Source: Ottowia sp.
GTDB lineage: Bacteria > Pseudomonadota > Gammaproteobacteria > Burkholderiales > Burkholderiaceae_C
Length of the DNA: 64,000 nt
NCBI GenBank assembly: GCA_052170415.1
Contig: JBQNAO010000003.1
Span: 43,400-107,399 of the forward strand
Direction of reading: 5' to 3'
Numbering within the stretch: position 1 is the stretch's first letter; the number at the start of each line of letters is the position of its first letter. Of the stretch, positions 11,495 through 19,333 are shown piece after piece. The notes below the pieces were generated by a model. It was given only the letters and a program-made list of their open reading frames with translations, was not told the DNA's origin and did no database searches. The position numbers and the translations under genes are program-made.

Positions 11495-11524
11495 TTGAGT
11501 TTTCTGTTTCGGCTGTGCTAGCAT
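11495..11524 (+). promoter_or_regulatory. Candidate sigma70 promoter for the 513-aa secreted protein gene
   Basis: TTGAGT (11495..11500), 18-nt spacer, TAGCAT (11519..11524), about 70 nt upstream of the ATG at 11595. Pattern match only. Confidence 0.3.
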
Positions 11525-11594
11525 CCCCAGTGCATTCTCAAGGCTTTTTCTTGGGAGTTGCGTTTACTTTTCTACTCTCATTGGAGTCATAGCT

Positions 11595-13136
11595 ATGAAG
11601 AAGAGCGTTCTCTCGATTGGTGCAGTCCTGTTGATGGGCGGCCTGGGTTCCGCGCATGCGGTTTATTACTTTGGCGCTGGTACTACTTTCGGCCATACGA
11701 CAGCGCCTCAAGCTACCGAGCTGCGTCAAAACGCTGGTGGCACCGGGCACATGCTGTATGTGCCTTACTACTCGGTGCAAGGCGCCAGCGCTTCCTACAT
11801 CAATATCACCAACACGGACAAGGACAACGGTAAGGCTGTGAAAGTGCGTTTCCGTGGCGCTGCCAACTCGGACGACGTGCTGGACTTTACCCTTTTGCTG
11901 TCCCCCAGGGACGTGTGGACTGCTCGTATCACCAAAGATCAGCAAGGTCACGCCACGATCTCGACCGAGGATAATAGCTGCACGTTGCCGACCTTCCCTG
12001 CTTCGGGTCAGCCTTTCATCACCCAGCGTCTGGCTGGCTACCTGACTGACGCTGCCAAACTTTCCCACACCCGTGAAGGTTATGTGGAAATTTTGAACAT
12101 GGCGGACATTCCTCCTGGAACCAAGCTGTTTGAGGCAATCGAACATAGCGCCAAGGGTGTTCCTGGCAACTGTAACGCGACTGCTGTGCAAACCACCCTG
12201 ATCAACCAAACTGGCGGTACTGCTGCTATTGCTCAGGCTGCTGGCCTGGCGGCGCCTACCGGCCAATTGATGGGTTCCTGGGCGATTACCAATACCTCTA
12301 AAGTTGCCATGTATGGCGGTGCCATGCCCGCAGTTCAGGCAACTAATGGTTCTGGCGTAAACGGTTACGGTAACATCATTTTCTCGCCCCAGGTGGGTTC
12401 TGCGGTGTCTGGTGTGACTGTTAATGAACAGACTGCAGACCCGTTGCTGGTTGGTGGTTTGGTGAATGCGTTGTGGTATGACCTGCCTGATATGTCCACC
12501 CCGCTGGTGCCTAATTTCGACAGCCGTCCGAACAAACAGGTGGCTAGCATCGGTATCTTGCACAGCACGGTGAATAATGAGTATGCTGCCGATCCCACAA
12601 ACGCCGTGCCTATGACGACTGACTGGGTGTTCTCTCAGCCCACCCGCCGCTACTATGCCGCATTGGACTACAAAACTTCGGCTAATGAGGCAAGAATTGT
12701 TTGGACGGACGTGGTTGCCACTAATGCTGCTGCTGCGCCTGGTACGACGTCTTCCGGTCTTGGTACCGCAAGCAATGCTTACTCCGGTCTGAATAAACAG
12801 GTTAAGGCTGACTTGGGCGCATTTGCCTGCCTGCCTGTGGTTGTGGGCACGGTGGATCGTGAAGAGCGTACGGTTTCGGCCGGTGCCTCCTTCTCGCCTG
12901 GCAACCAGGCTTCCGTGTGCGGTGAAGTGTTCACGCTGAGCTTTGGTGGCAGTTCCGTTTTGGGCGCCGAGCTGACCAACGTTCCTGTAACTTCTGTTGG
13001 TAAAGAAGGCTGGGGCTATGTGACGATCGGTGGTCTCGGTTCTGCTATCGCCATCCCTGTGGTGGGCTTCTCGGCTACCTCGGTCTACGCTCCGACCATT
13101 GGTAACTTCGGTCTGACGCTGCCGTACCGCTGGTAA
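11595..13136 (+). CDS. Abundant-looking secreted or cell-surface protein of unknown family, candidate T2SS cargo or S-layer-like
   Basis: 513 aa. Signal peptide MKKSVLSIGAVLLMGGLGSAHA|V. GGAG Shine-Dalgarno 8 nt upstream. TAA stop. G+C is visibly lower, with many T-ending codons (GGT/GCT/CGT/ACT/CCT) unlike the neighbours. Rich in Ala/Gly/Thr/Ser/Val/Asn. Ends ...LTLPYRW. A strong terminator follows. Confidence 0.75.
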   Translation: MKKSVLSIGAVLLMGGLGSAHAVYYFGAGTTFGHTTAPQATELRQNAGGTGHMLYVPYYSVQGASASYINITNTDKDNGKAVKVRFRGAANSDDVLDFTLLLSPRDVWTARITKDQQGHATISTEDNSCTLPTFPASGQPFITQRLAGYLTDAAKLSHTREGYVEILNMADIPPGTKLFEAIEHSAKGVPGNCNATAVQTTLINQTGGTAAIAQAAGLAAPTGQLMGSWAITNTSKVAMYGGAMPAVQATNGSGVNGYGNIIFSPQVGSAVSGVTVNEQTADPLLVGGLVNALWYDLPDMSTPLVPNFDSRPNKQVASIGILHSTVNNEYAADPTNAVPMTTDWVFSQPTRRYYAALDYKTSANEARIVWTDVVATNAAAAPGTTSSGLGTASNAYSGLNKQVKADLGAFACLPVVVGTVDREERTVSAGASFSPGNQASVCGEVFTLSFGGSSVLGAELTNVPVTSVGKEGWGYVTIGGLGSAIAIPVVGFSATSVYAPTIGNFGLTLPYRW

Positions 13137-13208
13137 TCAGGCGCTTGGCAAGCGCGCAAGCCTGCAAAGGATGGCGCGCTTGCAATGTGGCCTTATTGCA
13201 AAGCGTAA

Positions 13209-13238
13209 GGGTGGAACTTCGGTTCCACCCTTTTTTTT
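13209..13238 (+). terminator. Rho-independent terminator
   Basis: GGGTGGAAC-TTCG-GTTCCACCC followed by T8. Confidence 0.85.
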
Positions 13239-13800
13239 GGCCTTTCGCATGGATTTTTCTTAAACAGGCACGGATGCGCGCCCTGGCCGAGTCGGTGCTG
13301 CCGGGCTTTGTGCGTGCGGCTTTGCTGGCGTGTGCCGCTGCTTTTCGATAGCGCGTGCGCCCGTTCGGGGTGGGGTGACGCAAGGGCGCGGGCAGTTGGA
13401 AGCCGAGTTGGGCGGGGATGGCAAGCGCCTTGTGTGGTGGCGGTGCCTGCTTCGGCGGTTCTCAATGGGCCAGGGATCGCGGTTTTTGTTTTCTTCTTCC
13501 GTGGGAAGGCTGGCTTTTCAGGCCGATCGCCCTCGGGCGCGATTTGCCGCACCGCAAATTTTTGACCGCCGTTTTTGCGGCCGCGCGCCGCGGCGGTGGT
13601 GTTTGGCGCTTGAAGTTCGCGTTGGATTGGGCGCATGCGCGGCGCAAGCCTTGCCCGGTCTTTTGCTCCGGCCTTGAGTTGTGCCAGGGTCTTTTCATCC
13701 GCTTGCGTGGACAATTCGACTTTGCAGGGCGGCGCGGCCGTGGCGGCTTTTGCCGGCGCGCATGGCCCACCCTTGAGCCATCGAAAAGTCAAAAAAACAC

Positions 13801-14637
13801 ATGAGCGAGTTATTGAATACGCCAGGGGCGCTGGCAACGGACTGGCGCACCCTCTGGCGTTTGCGCCGTCTGCTGGCGGTGATGACCCTGCGGGAGTTGC
13901 AAGGGCGTTTTGCCGGATCGGCTGGGGGGCTGTTTTGGGCCTGGGCGCAGCCTGCGCTGGGCATTGCGGCGTATTACCTGGTGTTTGATGTGGTGTTTGC
14001 CCTGCGCATGGGGCAGGCCGATGCGGCGGGGGCGCAAGCGCCGCGCCTGGGGGCTTTTTTGATCGTCGGCATGCTGGCCTGGATGGCGTTCAGCGATGCC
14101 ACGCAGCGCGCCATGGGCAGCCTGGTGGAAGCGGGCGGTCTGCTGCAAAAAAACCCCCTGCCGCCCGCGCTGTTTCCGGCTCGCGCGGTGCTGGGCAGCG
14201 CGGTGGTGTTTGCGCCGTTGCAACTGGCGCTGGTGCTGGCCTACTGGCCGCGGCACGGGGGCGCTTTGCCGGTGTGGCTTTTGATGCCGCTGCTGGTGCT
14301 CACGCAGGCGCTGCTGGCCTGGCTGCTGGGGTATTTGCTGGCGGTGCTGACGGCGGCGCTGCGCGATGTGGCGCAGGTGGCGCAGTTTGCGTTTTCCATA
14401 GGCGTGTTTTTTGCGCCGGTGCTTTTTCCCATCACGCTGTTTCCGCAGGGCTGGCGGGCGCTGCTTTGGCTCAACCCCATGACGGCCTGGGTGTTGGCCT
14501 ATCAGGCCCTGCTGCTGCACGGGCAATGGCCGCCGGCCCAGGTGTGGCTGGCCATGCTGGCCTGGCTGGCGGCGCTGGCGCTGCTGCTGAATGTGGCCCT
14601 GCGCCGCGTGCGCGATCAATTGGTGGACTGGCTGTGA
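13801..14637 (+). CDS. ABC-2 type polysaccharide/O-antigen exporter permease (Wzm-like)
   Basis: 278 aa with six predicted TM segments and typical ABC-2 organisation. The stop overlaps the GTG start of the ATPase. Confidence 0.75.
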   Translation: MSELLNTPGALATDWRTLWRLRRLLAVMTLRELQGRFAGSAGGLFWAWAQPALGIAAYYLVFDVVFALRMGQADAAGAQAPRLGAFLIVGMLAWMAFSDATQRAMGSLVEAGGLLQKNPLPPALFPARAVLGSAVVFAPLQLALVLAYWPRHGGALPVWLLMPLLVLTQALLAWLLGYLLAVLTAALRDVAQVAQFAFSIGVFFAPVLFPITLFPQGWRALLWLNPMTAWVLAYQALLLHGQWPPAQVWLAMLAWLAALALLLNVALRRVRDQLVDWL

Positions 14638-15938
14638 CTGAGCTGAATAACAAGCTGGAAGAAGAAGTGGTGCTGCGCGCCGTGAACGTGGGCAAGCGCT
14701 ATCGCCTTTACGCCTCGCCGCGCCAGCGCCTGAAGGCGCTGCTGACGGGGCGGGCGGATTACAAAAGCCACTGGGCCTTGCGCGATGTGTCGTTCGAGCT
14801 GCGGCGCGGGCAGTGCATGGGCGTGATTGGCGACAACGGCGCGGGCAAAAGCTCGCTGCTGAAATTGCTGGCCGGCACTTTGCACCCCTCGCAGGGGCGG
14901 ATCGAGCGGCACGGGCGCATCACCGCCATCCTGGAGCTGGGCGCGGGCTTTCACCCCGATTTCAGCGGCCGCGAAAACCTGTATTTCAGCGGCAGCCTGA
15001 TCGGCATTGATCGGGAAAAAATGGCCGAGCTGGAGCCGGAAATCGCGGCTTTTTCCGGCCTGGGCGACGCGCTGAACCGCCCGGTGAAAACCTATTCCTC
15101 GGGCATGACGGTGCGGCTGGCCTTTGCCCTGGTCACGGCTGTGCAGCCCGATGTGCTCATCATTGACGAGGCCCTGGCCGTGGGCGATCAGCAGTTCCAG
15201 AAAAAATGCGTGGAGCGTATTGACCAATTCCGCGCCCACGGCTGCACGATTCTTTTTTGCTCGCACAGCCTCTATCACGTGCGGCACTTGTGCGATGTGG
15301 CGCTTTGGCTCGATCAGGGCAGCGTGCGCGCCCTGGGGCCCACGGAAGAAGCACTGGCCGCCTACGAAGCCCATAGCCGCCAGATCAGCCCAGGCGGCCA
15401 GAGCCGGCCAGCGGATGACGCCGCCGCGCTGCCTGGCGCCGATCAAGCCGATGGCTCCACGCCTGCCCCCGCCGCCCCGCCCGCCAGCGAGCAGCCGGCG
15501 GCATTGGTAAGCGTGCAGGCCGAAGGGCTGCCCTGCGCAGCAACTTGCAACGGCCCGCAGCCGCCGGCCGGCCAGACGCTGCCCACGCTGCCCGGCCCGG
15601 ACTTGGCCCTCACCGTGCGCGCGCGCAGCACCGTGGGCGGCGAGCCGCCCAGCATCGGCCTGATGCTGGAGCAATGGCAGGGCGTGGGCATTGCCTCCAT
15701 GGCCACGCACGCCGAAGGCGCCACGCCGCGCGCGCTGGGCGACGGGCTGTGGGAAGTCACCCTTCGCATCCCCGATTTGCCCCTGCACAGCGGCGACTAC
15801 GTGATCAGCGCCTATCTGTTTGATGCGCAAGGGCTTGTTGTGTATGAGCAGTGGCCGCGCTGCCTGGCCTTTCGCTGGATCAGCCCCAGCCTCACCCCCG
15901 GGCTGGTGCGCCTGCCCCACACCTGGAGCGGCGCATGA
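14634..15938 (+). CDS. Polysaccharide ABC exporter ATPase (Wzt-like) with a C-terminal extra domain
   Basis: GTG at 14634 in ORF 14274..15938. Walker A GDNGAGKSSLLK, signature YSSGMTVRLAF, Walker B VLIIDEAL. About 190 aa of C-terminal extension ends in the beta-rich LWEVTLRIPDLPLHSGDYVISAYLFD (Wzt_C-like). Confidence 0.8.
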   Translation: MTELNNKLEEEVVLRAVNVGKRYRLYASPRQRLKALLTGRADYKSHWALRDVSFELRRGQCMGVIGDNGAGKSSLLKLLAGTLHPSQGRIERHGRITAILELGAGFHPDFSGRENLYFSGSLIGIDREKMAELEPEIAAFSGLGDALNRPVKTYSSGMTVRLAFALVTAVQPDVLIIDEALAVGDQQFQKKCVERIDQFRAHGCTILFCSHSLYHVRHLCDVALWLDQGSVRALGPTEEALAAYEAHSRQISPGGQSRPADDAAALPGADQADGSTPAPAAPPASEQPAALVSVQAEGLPCAATCNGPQPPAGQTLPTLPGPDLALTVRARSTVGGEPPSIGLMLEQWQGVGIASMATHAEGATPRALGDGLWEVTLRIPDLPLHSGDYVISAYLFDAQGLVVYEQWPRCLAFRWISPSLTPGLVRLPHTWSGA

Positions 15939-16873
15939 GCGCCCCTGAAAACACCCCGGCCCCCACCGGCGTGCGCGCTGCCTGGGCCCGGCGCTGGCAG
16001 CGCCTGCGCACCGAAGCGCGCGATGCGCTGGAGCTGGTGCTGCTGCCAGGTCTGGCCGCCGTGCTGCCCTGGCCCTGGTGCTTTGCCCTGTTCAAGCGGC
16101 TGGCCCGCCTGCGCTGGCTCTACGGCCCGGTGTGCGAGCGCGCCCTGGCTCAAGCGCAGCAGCGCGGCATGGCGGCCGATCCGGCGCACTGGCTGTGGCA
16201 GCGCCGCCTGGTCACGCTGGTGGATCACGCCGATTACTACCTGGGCCGCTTTCGTGGCGACGGCTGGCTGCGCCGCCACGTGCAGGTGCAAGGCCAGTGG
16301 CCCGCGCCCGATCGGCCCGGCATGCTCTGCACCTTCCACTGGGGCGCGGGCATGTGGGGACTGCGCCATGCGCGCCAATCGGGCCTGCACGCGCACGCGC
16401 TGGTGGCCTCGCTGAACTCGCAAGCCTTTCAGGGGCGCACCGTGCTGGGCTGGTATGCCCGCGCGCGCACCCGCGAAGTCGCCCGAGCCCTGGGCCGCCC
16501 CACGCTGGACGTATCCGCCTCCTTGCGCCCGGCCGTGCGCGCCCTGCGCGCCAACGAGCAAGTGCTGGCCGCCGTCGATGTGCCCGCCGATCAGGTGGCC
16601 GCCAGCGAGCCGCTGCAACTGTGCGGCATGCGCGCGCGCGCCCCACGCGGGCTGCTGCGCCTGGCGGCAGAGCAGGGCGTGCCCGTGACGATCTACATCA
16701 CCGGGCTGGACATGCGCAGCGGCCAGCGCTTTTTGCGCATCGAACAACTCGCGCGCGAGGGCGACACCTCCGCGCTCATCATCCAAACCTTCGCCCGCCT
16801 GCAAGACCTGCTCTACGAAGACCCCGCCGCCTGGCACTTCTGGAGCGAAGCTGAGCGATTTTTCGAGCGCTGA
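15935..16873 (+). CDS. Possible lipid A-type (LpxL/HtrB-like) acyltransferase family protein
   Basis: ATG at 15935 overlaps the wzt stop (ATGA). N-terminal TM, and FHWGAGMWGL at the position of the HxGNWE motif but without the acidic residue. Assignment is tentative. Confidence 0.4.
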   Translation: MSAPENTPAPTGVRAAWARRWQRLRTEARDALELVLLPGLAAVLPWPWCFALFKRLARLRWLYGPVCERALAQAQQRGMAADPAHWLWQRRLVTLVDHADYYLGRFRGDGWLRRHVQVQGQWPAPDRPGMLCTFHWGAGMWGLRHARQSGLHAHALVASLNSQAFQGRTVLGWYARARTREVARALGRPTLDVSASLRPAVRALRANEQVLAAVDVPADQVAASEPLQLCGMRARAPRGLLRLAAEQGVPVTIYITGLDMRSGQRFLRIEQLAREGDTSALIIQTFARLQDLLYEDPAAWHFWSEAERFFER

Positions 16874-16904
16874 AAATCCGGCGCACTCGATGGGCGCAAT
16901 GCCC

Positions 16905-16930
16905 CAAAAAAGCCGCGAAAGCGGCTTTTG
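16905..16930. terminator. Small hairpin terminator
   Basis: AAAAAAGCCGC-GAAA-GCGGCTTTT. Confidence 0.45.
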
Positions 16931-17039
16931 ACGTTTCTGAAACCTCAAAGCCGGCGGCGGCCGAAACGGCCCGCGCCGCGCCACACCTTCCAGCCCCAAT
17001 CGCCGCCCGCCCAACACGCCCGAACCTGCCTTCAGACAA

Positions 17040-17105
17040 AAGTTATCCACAATTTGCTCATGAATTGATAGCGCACCACGAAGTATCCACGGGAGATACA
17101 GGCCA
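17040..17105 (+). repeat. DnaA-box intergenic repeat, copy B (divergent 3' half)
   Basis: AGTTATCCACAATTTGCTCATGAATTGATAGCGCACCACGAAGTATCCACGGG. Perfect TTATCCACA at 17043..17051. Confidence 0.7.
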
Positions 17106-17263
17106 TATGCCTGAATTTTCATCAAAATAAGGTAAGCAAATGCATTCTCCGGGCGCAGCCCCGGCAGGCAGGGCTTTGGTGGGGCTTGGGGCCGGGCCGC
17201 CAGAGTGCAAGCGGCTTCCTATAATGAATTTTTACTTCATCGTTACAAAAGGATTGCCCTCGC

Positions 17264-18004
17264 ATGTTCGACGTTCTGATTCGTGAAATGGCTGTGCGCT
17301 TCAACCTTGGCGACAAGGCGCTGCCCCTGCTGCAAATGCTGCTGGCGCGCGTGGCGCAAAAAGACACGGGCGGCCTGCCCGGCTTTCTGGAAAGGCTCAA
17401 GGCCGCGGGCATGGGGCCAACCATTCAAACCTGGCTGGGCGGCGGGCCGCTGGCCAAGGCCGCCACGCACAGCCAGATTGAAAACGCGCTGGGCCAGACC
17501 GGCGGGCTGCTGGAAGAAATCTGCGCCCGGCTGGATGCGCCGCGCGACGACGTGGCCGGCGCTCTGGGCTATTTGCTGCCCTACGTGGTGGGCAAGCTCA
17601 CCCCCGGCGGCAGCATGCCCGCCAGCCTGCCCGACGAAGTGCAAAGCCTGGCCGAAGTGGGCCAAACCCTGCTGGCCGCCCCCCTGCCCGCCAGCGGTGG
17701 CGGCAGCGGCAAATGGCTCTGGCCCGCCGTGGGCGTAGTGGCCGTGGCGCTGCTGGGCTTGAGCTACTGCAACAAGAGCGAAGAAGCCCCGGCGCAAGCG
17801 CCCGCCCCGGCCGTGGCGGCCCCGGCGCAAGCCCCCGCAGAAACCCCCGCCGAAACCCGGCCCGCCCCGGCAGAAGCTGCCCCCGCGCCAGAGGCCGTGC
17901 CCGCACCGGATGAGCAGGCCCGGCCCGCCGAAGACAAGCCGGCAGAAGAAGCCAAGCCTGCTGAAGACGAAAAACCGGCGGAAGAAGCCAAGCCCGCCGC
18001 CTGA
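17264..18004 (+). CDS. DUF937/YidB-family protein with a TM and a Pro/Ala/Glu-rich tail
   Basis: 246 aa. ...IQTWLGGGP...ALGYLLPYVVGKLTPGG matches the DUF937 pattern. Confidence 0.6.
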   Translation: MFDVLIREMAVRFNLGDKALPLLQMLLARVAQKDTGGLPGFLERLKAAGMGPTIQTWLGGGPLAKAATHSQIENALGQTGGLLEEICARLDAPRDDVAGALGYLLPYVVGKLTPGGSMPASLPDEVQSLAEVGQTLLAAPLPASGGGSGKWLWPAVGVVAVALLGLSYCNKSEEAPAQAPAPAVAAPAQAPAETPAETRPAPAEAAPAPEAVPAPDEQARPAEDKPAEEAKPAEDEKPAEEAKPAA

Positions 18005-18027
18005 TTGCCGCCTCGGCTTCGTCAAAA

Positions 18028-18064
18028 CCAGCGCCTGTTTTGAAAACGGGCGCTGGTTTTTTTT
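18028..18064 (+). terminator. Rho-independent terminator
   Basis: CCAGCGCC-loop-GGCGCTGG followed by T8. Confidence 0.8.
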
Positions 18065-18203
18065 ATGCGCCTTTGCCCGGGCGCATGCGCTGCGCGGCCC
18101 GGTCGGGCCGAAGGCGGGTTTTGCCGGGTTTTGAAAGATTTTGTGAGCGCTTGGGGTGGGTTTTGCGCGGTTTTCTGCCTGCATTTATGCGCGGCGCAGC
18201 GGC

Positions 18204-18320
18204 GGAAAATGGGCGGGAATCGAGCTGGAAGCGGGCTGAAATCGGGCCGAAATTTGACTGAAACCGGGCGGAAATCCGGCGCAAAACGGGGTTTGAAACC
18301 GGGCGCGGCGAAAGGCGGGC
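18204..18320. repeat. Phased 11-bp A-tract/GC-clamp tandem array
   Basis: Eight consecutive exact 11-bp units: GGAAAATGGGC GGGAATCGAGC TGGAAGCGGGC TGAAATCGGGC CGAAATTTGAC TGAAACCGGGC GGAAATCCGGC GCAAAACGGGG. Two looser units follow. Confidence 0.8.
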
Positions 18321-18322
18321 AA

Positions 18323-18361
18323 GAAAAAAGCGGATACCGGCTTGCGGCATCCGCTTTTTTT
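18323..18361. terminator. Bidirectional hairpin terminator
   Basis: AAAAAAGCGGAT-ACCGGCTTGCGGC-ATCCGCTTTTTTT, downstream of grxD on the minus strand. Confidence 0.7.
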
Positions 18362-18415
18362 GTGTGAGCTGTTGTTCTTTTTGAATGACTGACCGAAGTG
18401 GTGGCGCGGGCAGTA

Positions 18416-18742
18416 TCAGTCGGCGTTTTCGGTCAGCAGGGTATGCAATTCGCCCGATTCATACATTTCCATCATGATGTCGGAGCCGCCGATGAATTCG
18501 CCATTGACATAAAGCTGGGGAATGGTGGGCCACTGGCTGTAATCCTTGATGCCCTGGCGGATTTCTTCATCGGCCAGCACATTGACGGTGACGAGTTTTT
18601 GCAAGTTCATGCCCGAGGCTTTCAATATCTGAATGGCCCGGCCCGAAAAACCGCACATGGGAAAGTGGGCATCGCCTTTCATGAAGAGCACGAAGGGATG
18701 ACCTTTGACTATGGTTTCAATGCGTTGATGAACGTCGCTCAT
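18416..18742 (-). CDS. grxD: Monothiol (Grx4-type) glutaredoxin
   Basis: Internal ATG at 18742 gives 108 aa. CGFS active site ([10 protein letters not shown]) and [19 protein letters not shown]. Confidence 0.9.
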   Translation of the reverse strand: MSDVHQRIETIVKGHPFVLFMKGDAHFPMCGFSGRAIQILKASGMNLQKLVTVNVLADEEIRQGIKDYSQWPTIPQLYVNGEFIGGSDIMMEMYESGELHTLLTENAD

Positions 18743-18871
18743 GGCGAGGGAACTCCTGGTGGGATGAAAAATGCGCCGAGAAAATGATCTGCCGCTGTGG
18801 CAGGCGGCGGCAGGTTTTGGCTTGCGAATGCGGCGGCGATTATTCCAGTTTTGCTTTTTGCGCGGGCCGTG

Positions 18872-18906
18872 CAAAAAACAATGGCCTGTGCTAAGGCAGG
18901 CCATTG
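18872..18906 (-). terminator. Rho-independent terminator downstream of hns
   Basis: Minus strand reads CAATGGCCTG-CCTTAGCA-CAGGCCATTG then TTTTTTG. A second hairpin (18923..18954) precedes it. Confidence 0.8.
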
Positions 18907-18966
18907 AGAGGGGGGAAATGAAGTGCGCAAGAGGGAGAAAACCGCCTTGCGCACGCACGCCGCAAA

Positions 18967-19260
18967 TCAGGCAATCAGATAGGCGCTGCGGTCTTTGCCT
19001 TCTATCCACTTCGGGGCTTTGCCACGGCCGGTCCAGGTGGCACCGGTGGCCGGATCGCGGTATTTGGGGGCGACTTTGGAGCCGGCATTGCGCGAAGCGC
19101 CGCGGCGGCCGGAAGGGAAAATGTCTTGCTGGGTCAGGCCATATTGCTGAATCAGTGCGTTGACTTTGCCCAAGGCTTCGGACAGTTCGTGTTGGCGGGC
19201 CTGTTCGATTTGGGAGTTGAGTTGTTCGCGTTGTTCAAGCAATTCTTTGAGGGATGCCAT
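18967..19260 (-). CDS. hns: H-NS family nucleoid-associated protein
   Basis: 97 aa. N-terminal coiled coil, and the C-terminal [21 protein letters not shown] (TWTGRGxxP DNA-binding motif). Confidence 0.85.
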   Translation of the reverse strand: MASLKELLEQREQLNSQIEQARQHELSEALGKVNALIQQYGLTQQDIFPSGRRGASRNAGSKVAPKYRDPATGATWTGRGKAPKWIEGKDRSAYLIA

Positions 19261-19333
19261 GCTGTTGAATCTCCTAGACGAATGTCAAAAAAGGGAAACC
19301 CAAATATAGCACCCTTTTCTGATTTTGTTTGTT

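Noticed and set aside
17220-17225. A perfect TATAAT hexamer 39 nt upstream of the DUF937 start as a promoter.
   Set aside because: No acceptable -35 element or TG extension occurs at 16-19 nt spacing. It is plausible but unsupported by sequence alone.
17740-18004. The Pro/Ala/Glu-rich segment (PAETPAET..., KPAEEAKPAEDEKPAEEAKPAA) as an independent feature.
   Set aside because: It is the C-terminal low-complexity tail of the DUF937 protein, downstream of its TM segment. It has no separate start or evidence.
18204-18320. The 11-bp tandem array as a CRISPR array or a coding repeat.
   Set aside because: The units are contiguous with no spacers and are far shorter than CRISPR repeats. A period of 11 is not divisible by 3. 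No cas genes are in the window.
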